A DNA stretch of 64,000 nt from contig CAZDAM010000003.1 of the NCBI GenBank assembly GCA_964503595.1, forward strand, positions 5,844 to 69,843, written 5' to 3'. This document shows, piece by piece, positions 54,701-63,700 of the stretch. A program made the position numbers and the translations under genes. How positions within the stretch are numbered: position 1 is the stretch's first letter; the number at the start of each line of letters is the position of its first letter. The notes below the pieces were generated by a model that saw only the letters and a program-made list of their open reading frames with translations, searched no databases and was not told the DNA's origin. This DNA comes from an uncultured bacterium (GTDB taxonomy: Bacteria > Muiribacteriota > UBA6191).

Positions 54701-57700
54701 CGAGAACAATGGTGTGGACAGCTGGGGTTCCACCGGGCTTTATCTGGAGTCGTCCGGAGTGCTGGATGTCACCGAAGCAAGTCTGATCATGCCCAAAGGG
54801 CAGGTTACCCTGATTTCTCAGGGCATCAACGGGGTTCTGAACACCCAGATCGACACGCTTACGGTTGTAAACCATGCCACAGGTTCTTACGCGGACATTG
54901 TCATTCGTGAAGTCGATGATCTGAAGATTGTGAAGAATGGTCTGGCCCAGGGAGGCATCTATACAGCCGGGGGTCAGATTGATATTCAGCTGAATGCCCA
55001 CGAAGCCAATCTTCATCTCGAATCCGGAATCATCCGGACCCATGGAGCCGGAAAAGGCATTCGCATTGTTGCCGATGATGTGGACTTCAATTCCGGTAAA
55101 GACATGGTTACGGCTTCGGGGCAGTTTGAGCTTCTGACCCGTTCCCAGTCTCAGGGTTACCGAATCGGTGGCGCTGGTCAGTCCTCCTTTGGCAATGACT
55201 ATACCCTCGGCTGGGATAACGGCTACCTGAATTTCTCCATGAAAGACGTGGAAGCTCTGACTGACGGCTTCAGTCTCCTGAAATTCGGCACCGAAAATTC
55301 CACGGCCCTGATGTTTGTCGGGGATCTGGAAAATGCTGACGTGGATGTGAAGCATTTTGATGCCAAAATCACGGATGTTGCGGAATTCCATGCCCGCCGG
55401 ATCAATATCGTCGGGGATGTTCAGGCTTCCCAGAAGGTGACTTTTGCCTCCGAACTCCTGGAAATCTGGCGAACCAATATCAACAATCCGTTCGGACAGC
55501 CGGACTCAGGGATTACAGGCACCGAACTTGTCCTGAATATCAGTGAGCAGATGCTGGTGACCGGCTACATCCGGGCCGAGGACAGCCTGAAAATCCGGGT
55601 GAATGGATCGACGGGTCAGGGTGCCATGGTGACCTATGGAGCCGAGCCGAATTCCTTCACGGCCGATCAGGGCAGTTCGATTGTGACCCTGAATGATGGT
55701 GCCGTCCTTGATATTGAAACGTCCGGCTCCATTTACAGCGCCACGAATATCGAGGTCATGGGCAAGAACTCCCAGCTGAAGATGAAGGCGGGAACAGGAC
55801 TTACCATCCTGGAAGGAGCCGTGGTCGCGGCCCGTTATGACAACAGCTCGATTCTTCTTGAATCCAGCAAGTATCTCCACATCAATTCTGGTGGAGCGGT
55901 TACTGCGGGAGCCCGCTTTGATGATATCAACGGGGAACCGGTTGCCGTAAAAACCGGGGCAAATGCTTCCATGACCCTGAAAACTTCCGGGGAAATGAAG
56001 CTTTCCGGCTCGATTACAGCGTCGGGAAGTATGGAACTGAGTGGGGGCGGGGCAGAATCCGACTACAAAGATTACTTTGATACGATTCCCGGAAAAGTAC
56101 TTGGAAAAATGGTGGCATCGGATACGGTGCTGGCAGCTCTTCAGGCTGGAAACATTGATTCAGCCTTAAGGCAGCTTTTCGCTGAAAATCATCTGGATCT
56201 TGGCAACAGTGTCAGCGTGAACGGAGTCGGTTCCTACACTTCTTTCAATGATCTGACTCCGGAACAGAAAGCTCTGGTGGCTCAGGCTCTGGGCTATACC
56301 GTCTATGAGGGCACCAATTACTACAATCCGGATGCGCCTGCTGGAAGACAGCTGATTGATGCCTTCATTGAAGGCAACAGTCCATTCCTGCAACCGGGAC
56401 AGACTCCCGCGGATCTGGGCTATACCTGGCATGCAGGCACTTTCTTTTACAACCCGCTCACCGGAGAAATCCTCAGTGGTTTCAAACAGGGTGTGTCCGC
56501 AGACTATGACAATGCGGATATCAACTGGGGCAGTGCGGGAGCTCCCGCTTCCGGCACCGGTTTTGATGCCCTTACCGCAGATCAGAAACTCAAGGTTGCA
56601 GCTCATCTGGGATACCAGACCGATGATGGCAAGGATTTCTATAACTTCAATGCTGTTCAGGGTAAGAAAGTGGTTCGCACCTTCACCCAGGGACTGGTAA
56701 CCCAGTACCGCAATGCGGATATCTACTGGGGCAATGTTGCCAAGCCGTCGGATTCCCAGTCATTTGCAAGTCTGAGCGCTGAACAGAAAGCTGTTGTAGC
56801 CAGAACTCTTGGTTTTGAGATGGTCACTGGGGGCGCCTATGTAAATCTCAATGCCAGTGCCGGCTTACAGGTGGTTTCACAACTGACAACGGCTCCAGCG
56901 GATTACCGGTTGTCCCAGATTGATTTTGCGGGAGTTCCGGCTCCTCAGGAAGGGACAGCCTTTGAATCCCTGACTCTGGAACAGCGCAATCATGTGATCA
57001 GCGCACTGGGATACGAAGTCTTTGAAGGTCTGCTCTATATCAATCCTGAGAGCGGATCTCTGGTCACGACATTTACCAGCTACAACGGGGTTGAGTGGGG
57101 CGATGATCTGGCGGCTCCGGCCGAAGGCACGCCATTTGAAAAACTGTCCGGCCAGCATCAGCAGAAGGTTCTTGAGAGTCTTGGCTACAGGGTTTTCACC
57201 GGAACGGCCTACTACAATTCCGACGCAATCCCAAGCAAGCAGTTTGTGCAGGGTTTTGTCGAGGGAGTGGACTATCTGAATTCGGCCATAACCTGGTCCA
57301 GGGTAGAGATTCCGGATGCAGGCACAGCCTTTGAGGACATGACTGCCAATCAACAGAATGCCCTCCTCAAGTCCCTGGGCTATGAAGTCCACAACAACAC
57401 GGTCTTTTACAAGGCAGGAGCTCCGCTTGAGACCCGCCTGATGACAAATTTTGTGGAAGGTCTTCATTACAATAATGCTGATATGCCTTGGGGCGAGTCC
57501 GGAACGGCCGTGACCAACCGCTACATTGTGAATGACGGAACAAATCAGTACGTCATCTACACTCTGGATCAGGAAAATGATGGAATCATCGATGAGATCC
57601 AGATCCAGAAACCGCATGAGCTTCTGGGCCAGCGTGGGTATGGATTCCTGCTGACCGGTACGATTACAACACTGGAAGATGGCCGGGATCTGGTCATTGC

Positions 57701-60700
57701 CAGTGAAGATGACACCATCATCCGGGGCAATATCAACCTGTTGGGAGCAAACTCGGATCTTACGGTTCAGTCCGACAAATGGGTCTTCTGGGAAGGGGCT
57801 GCGAACGTAACCGGAAATATCACGGTTCAGGGTGGAGTTTCTCTGGATGGAACCAGTCTGAATGGTGCCCGTGCCGACGGGACCAGTGTTCTGATTACGG
57901 CAACTTCCAAACTGGTTACCAGTGGCGCTGGAACTTCGATCACCATTCAGGGTGGTCAGGATGTGGACATCATTGGCCGCATCATTGCCGGTGGAGCCGC
58001 AAACAGCAATGGAGTCCAGTTTGCCGGGGATGATTCCCGTGTGGATATCACGGCCGGGCAGCAGATCTATGTTGACAGTGTCGTAACGGCCGCCAAAGCG
58101 GTGACCTTGACCACAACCGGTGTTCCTGGAGCCGATGATGCCTCCCAGGGAGTGATTGTCACTACCGCGGCTGGCCTGACCACGGCTGGTGAAACCAGTG
58201 ACAATTCGGGTGGACTGGTAAAAATTGATGCTGTGGGTGGCGTTCAGATTATGGGGATTGTTCTCTCCGGAGGCACGATTTCCCAGACCTTTGATGCCAA
58301 TGGTGTCCTGACAAGTGAAACGATTGCCTATTCTACCGAAAGGTCATCTGTTGAAATTTCCAGCCAATCCCAGACCTATATTGGCGGGATGGCCCGTACG
58401 GAAACCGGGAATATGGTTGAAGTCGGTGGTGTGATTCGGGCAACCCAGAATATTACTCTGAGCGGAGGAACAAGCTCGGACGATATCGGAGTCAAGCTCC
58501 CCGGTTCCGCCAAGGTGGTCACCACGAACCGCGACAGCAGCATTGTTGTGAATTCCGCTCAGGATGCAGAAATTTATGGCCTCCTGATTGCCGGTGGAAT
58601 TATTACGGATCACCGGGATTCGCTGGGCCTTTATCTGGGGACGACTGTTGAGACTCTGGATGGAAACTCCACAATTTCCGTAGAAGCAGGACATCAGATC
58701 CGGCTTGGTCGTGATCTTTACGCTGGCAAGCTGATTGATCTGAGGGGCGGAACGGATCCTGCCGATGGATCCTCGGAATTTGCCGGTCAGGGCGTTGTTG
58801 TGGGTGGAGCCGTCCATCTGAAGACTTCCCAGGCTGGTTCGACCATCAATCTGAGTGCTTCCGGGGATACCTCCATTCTGGCTCCGGCCTGGACCCAGGA
58901 AATCATTGCGGATGGTTTTGCCGAGTTTGCCAGTGGCAAGCTCAGCCAGGATGTCAGCCTGCATCTGATTGTGAATCTGGGAACCCATACGGTGGAAGGT
59001 ACGGTTCAGCTCAGCGCTCAGGAAACCCAGAACAATACCGGGCTGGCTTCTTTGGTTGCCGATCTGAATGCGGCACTTCTGGCCACCAACTTTACGGTGA
59101 CGGCTTCTCCAGGTGGAAATCCCGTGGTTGGATCCACCCAGCTTTTCAATGCCAATGATCCCGAGGTAACCATCCGTCTGACGGACGGTCGCCTCATGCT
59201 GACTTCGGCCTTTGAAATGACTCTGAAAGGGGATTCCAGCGATTCCCTGATTGGTTTCACCCAGAGTGGGGATGTAGCTTCCACCCGAAGCTACACCATG
59301 GATGCTTCAGCCAGTGGCTCCGTCATCAACATTGGTAAAAAAGATGCCCCCAACGGTCAGATTTATGTGGCAGGCAATCTCAGGGCTCATTCTGCCATCA
59401 ATCTCTATTCCGGTACTGAAGGGGACGGTTCCCAGAATTTCACTCTGGGAGCAACCGGGATTCTGGAAACCCTGAGTGGCAGCGTGGAACTCAATCCGGG
59501 AGATCATGGGGTCATTACCGGGACAATCATTGCCCGCGGTCGCGGTGCCGACATTATCGTTCATTCCAAGCATACCCTTGAAATCAAGGGAACCCTGAAA
59601 GCTCAGGATGACATCACGATCACGGCAGGCTCAATTGAGAAGGCCGGAGAGGAAAGCATCCGAACCCATGGAACCAGTGAACTGATCACTTTTGATGATG
59701 ACGGCCGGATTCTGATTCAGGGTCTGAATGATGTTGTCATCAACAGTGTTGTTGGAACCGGGGGCGGAGCCTTAAGGGAAGTAACGGTTGAATCCACAAC
59801 GGGTACCCTGACTCTGGAAAAAACCTCGGGTCAGATTGAAACCGGTGGTCAGCTGAACCTCAAAGGCAAGAATATCGATCTGGCAGGTACGATCACCAGT
59901 ACCCGCGCGACAGATGCGACTTACGATCATGAAATTTCCATTCAGGCTGAGAATGATGCCAAGGTTCATGGAAACCTGACTCTGGCTGGCTCACTTCTGA
60001 TTGAAACTGGTGGCAATCTTGAGATTTACAACACCAGACTGATGATCAACGGTGAGGGGCAACGGCTGAAAATCCAGAGTACGGGTGATGTCCGTCTGGG
60101 TACAACGGCTCCGGTTCAGGGCCAGGCCAGTGATCGTGCAGTCATTCTTCAGGCCAATCAGCTCATGGATATTCGAACGGATGGGGCCTTCCTTCTGGGA
60201 AGTGATGCCCAGCTCTATACAACCGCGAATCTGAGCGAGATGAAAATTCAGGCTCTGAGCGCGTCGATCGTCGGCTCCATGAGAGCCGGAGCCAGCTTTG
60301 ATGGAACTTCGTCCTATACTTATACAGGGAAAAATTCCAGTCTCAAGCTGAGCACGGATGCTGCTGTTTCCGTTGGAGGCCAGGGCCTTGATGAAAATGC
60401 CAATCTGGTCTCAAGGGGTGGAGATATCTTTGCAACCGGCAAGGTGGATCTGCGCACTGGTATTGGGACCAACGGTCTGGGCATGACGGTTTCCACTTTA
60501 AGCTCCATTCAGGTGGATGCGACTGGTGGCGGGGCTCTGGCAGATGATATTGATGGCCAGATCAACCTGAGATCCGACGGCAGCATTCAGCTTTACGGTA
60601 CTGTCCTTGCCAAGGACAGCGGATCGGATATCAAGATCCAGTCCGAAGGCCTGCTTCTGATCGACAATCTGGTATCCGCTCAGGATCACCTGGAAGTCAT

Positions 60701-63700
60701 CGGCGGAACTTCCTCCTCTGGTGGTCTGATTGTGAACAGCTTTGCCTTTGATGGCAATGATCAGAGAATCGCGGGGGGAACCCTGAATACGGCTCTGAAT
60801 GGCACGATGGTGATCGAGGCTGTTGGCACGATTTACCTCAAAGGGGTTATAGGTCAGCTGGATGGAAGCAACAACGCGATCACTTCCTCGATTTCGGTGG
60901 ATTCCACTGCCGGCGATGTCACGGTAACCGGTCTGGTGGATGCCAGAGATTCCGTAACCATGCTTGGAACGGATCTGAACATCATGCAGGATGCCCACGT
61001 ATTCGCTCAGAATACAGGGGCTCAGGTTCTGATGGATGCCCGCGATGAGCTCTATGTCCAGTCTTCTCAGGCCAGCGGGAATTCCGATGGTCTGGTTTAC
61101 GCTGACAATCTGCTTCATTTAAGAGGCGGGAGCGTTCAGATTGACGGGATTGTGAAGTCGCTTGCGGCCAATTCCCAGATGTTCATTCATTCCGCAGATG
61201 ATCTGATTGTACGTGGACTGGCTCAGTCCGCCGGTAGCGCCACTCTGGCAGCCGGCGTTTCCAGAGACGCTACTCTTGCGACCCTAAGAGCCGGTGTGAC
61301 GACCTCAAACCTGCTTGGAGGAAATGTCCGCATTCTTGGTCAGGGCATGGTGGAAGCCGTTGGCAATGCCAGTGTCCAGGCAGGCCAGGATGTCATTATC
61401 AGTGCCGATTCAACGGTGGCAGGAACCCGGGTCGTTCAGATTCCGGTCATTACAACGGTCGAAGAAACCATCACGGTAACTGTGGGTTACCAGGAAGTTG
61501 CTATCGGGACTGTTTCTGTGCCCGTAATCAGCTGGGAAACCAGTTCGATCACCGAGCAGATTGGAACCGAGAAGGTCAAGGTGGGTGCCGAGAATCTGCG
61601 CATGGATGTCACCCTGCGCCAGACCGGTTACTACAACCCGAATGCTCCGGAAGGTCAGAAATTCCGTGAGATTCTGATTGAAGGCATTGATTACCATAAT
61701 GATGAAGTGAACTGGAACAATGCCGGGAATGAGGCGACTCCAGGTCGTACTTCCGAAGCGGTAACAGCGAATTATAAAGATGCCAGCTATAAGGGATTTA
61801 CCAGCCTGAACGATGCTCAGCGTCAGGCCGTTTTGAACCATACGGGCTACATGAAGCTCTATCAGTTCACCTATGCCAATGCCATCCTGGAAAAAACCCT
61901 GAATGGAAATTACACCGAAACTGCCGTGACTCCTCAGTGGGCAGGCAACGAGCAGGTAATCTACCGTATCGAGGTCGATGGCTGGAAAGACAAATATATC
62001 CAGATGCCCAAAGGTGCCCAGAACGACATTCTGAATGTGGTCACTCAGGGCGAGGCCAAATACCTGACTGGTGATACCACCCGTAACGGGAATAATGATG
62101 GAACCTGGGTCAGTGCTTCTTCCAATCCGGGAGGAGAGCTGGTAGGTCGTTACAAGGATCAGTCCGATGTGAATTACACTCAGGATCGTTCCGACTATTA
62201 CTTCCCAAATGATGGCTACCCTTCCGGGTATCTGAGTCCACATGATGCGGAAGAAGATGGAGAAGCCCGCTGGGATGTGAACTATTCCTCGAATTCCGGA
62301 TATCGTCATTTTGATGTGGAAAGCCGCAATGACAATAAATCCATGATGCGGGATCCAAACTGGTTCTGGCAGGGTACGGCCAAAGCTGACGGCGATGATG
62401 ATTACACAACCGGTTTTGACAATGATCGCTATACCCAGTACATCTGGGCCCAGCAGGATTTCCTGAGCACGCTGTCAGCCGATACGGCGACCTTTGAAGA
62501 AAAATCGACCTCGGTCCGTCAGGATCAGGAAGCTTTCAAGTTCAAGTACTGGAGCAGCTGGTACGGTCTTGGCGGCTACTGGATGGACAATGACGATGGT
62601 TCTGAGATGCCCTATGGTGAAGAGGAAGATGTTCCGACCTGGGGCTGGAGGGATCTGACTGCTGGTGATGAGTCTGTTCTGAAAAGTGTCTGGACGGGTC
62701 ATGATGTCTCCGGTGATAACAACTGGCATCACGATGGGATGAATTTTTCCCACAATTACCTGACAGCGGGCAATTTTTCGAACTGGAAGTCCAATTACCA
62801 GTGGCTGCAATCGACCAGTGTTTACACCACCCAGTTCGGTGGGGATGATGTCGGAGGGTTTGTTCGGGGTAAGTTCGAATACACCCCGGATGACTACGTC
62901 CATGTCGGTGGAGATGGCATCCATAAACGTCCGGTCGTTCTGCAGGATTACAACGACTATGTCTATGACTGGATTTCCGATTGGCATGATATCTATGATC
63001 AGAGGATTCAGCTTCAGTATGAGCTGGTGACTCAGTCTCAGGATATCTTTGACTACCGGCCGATTTATGAGACCAGCACCAAGCAGGTCAAAATCACCCA
63101 GTTTGAAAATCAGACGGTCTGGGAACGTCAGGCGATCACGGATACGGAAACGATTACCTGGACCCAGCGGGATTTCCAGAACGGGGATACCCGTTCCTAC
63201 GGGGAATTTGATGGGGAGTCTCTGAAAGGCTCTGCCATCACGATTTCCACAAACCGTGATGTGACGGTCAGCGGTCTGGTCACGGCAACAGACAGCCTGC
63301 TTGTGAACAGCGGGCGCAATGCTACGGTTCAGGGGACGGTGGCAAGCGGTGCTGAACTGGCTTCCCAGTCCCGTTTAACGGCGGCAAACAGCATCACGGT
63401 CGAAGCTGAGAGCAAGCTGAATCTCATGGATTCAGCCAAACTTGAAGTGACGGCAGCTGACAGTGATATTGTTCTGAAAAGCTCTGGCACTATGAAGGCC
63501 GGCGGTGAAATCCTGGCCAAGGATACAGTGACTTTGAAAGCTGCTACCGATCTGGAGCTTTCAGCATCCATTCAGGCCGGAAATCTGGTAGAGATTAGGG
63601 CAGGGGATTCGACTGTCGGAGATATTCTTGATGGAGACATCACGGCCAATATCTCGGCTCAGATTATCGTGACAGAGGCAGGCTCTGACATTGTCATGAG

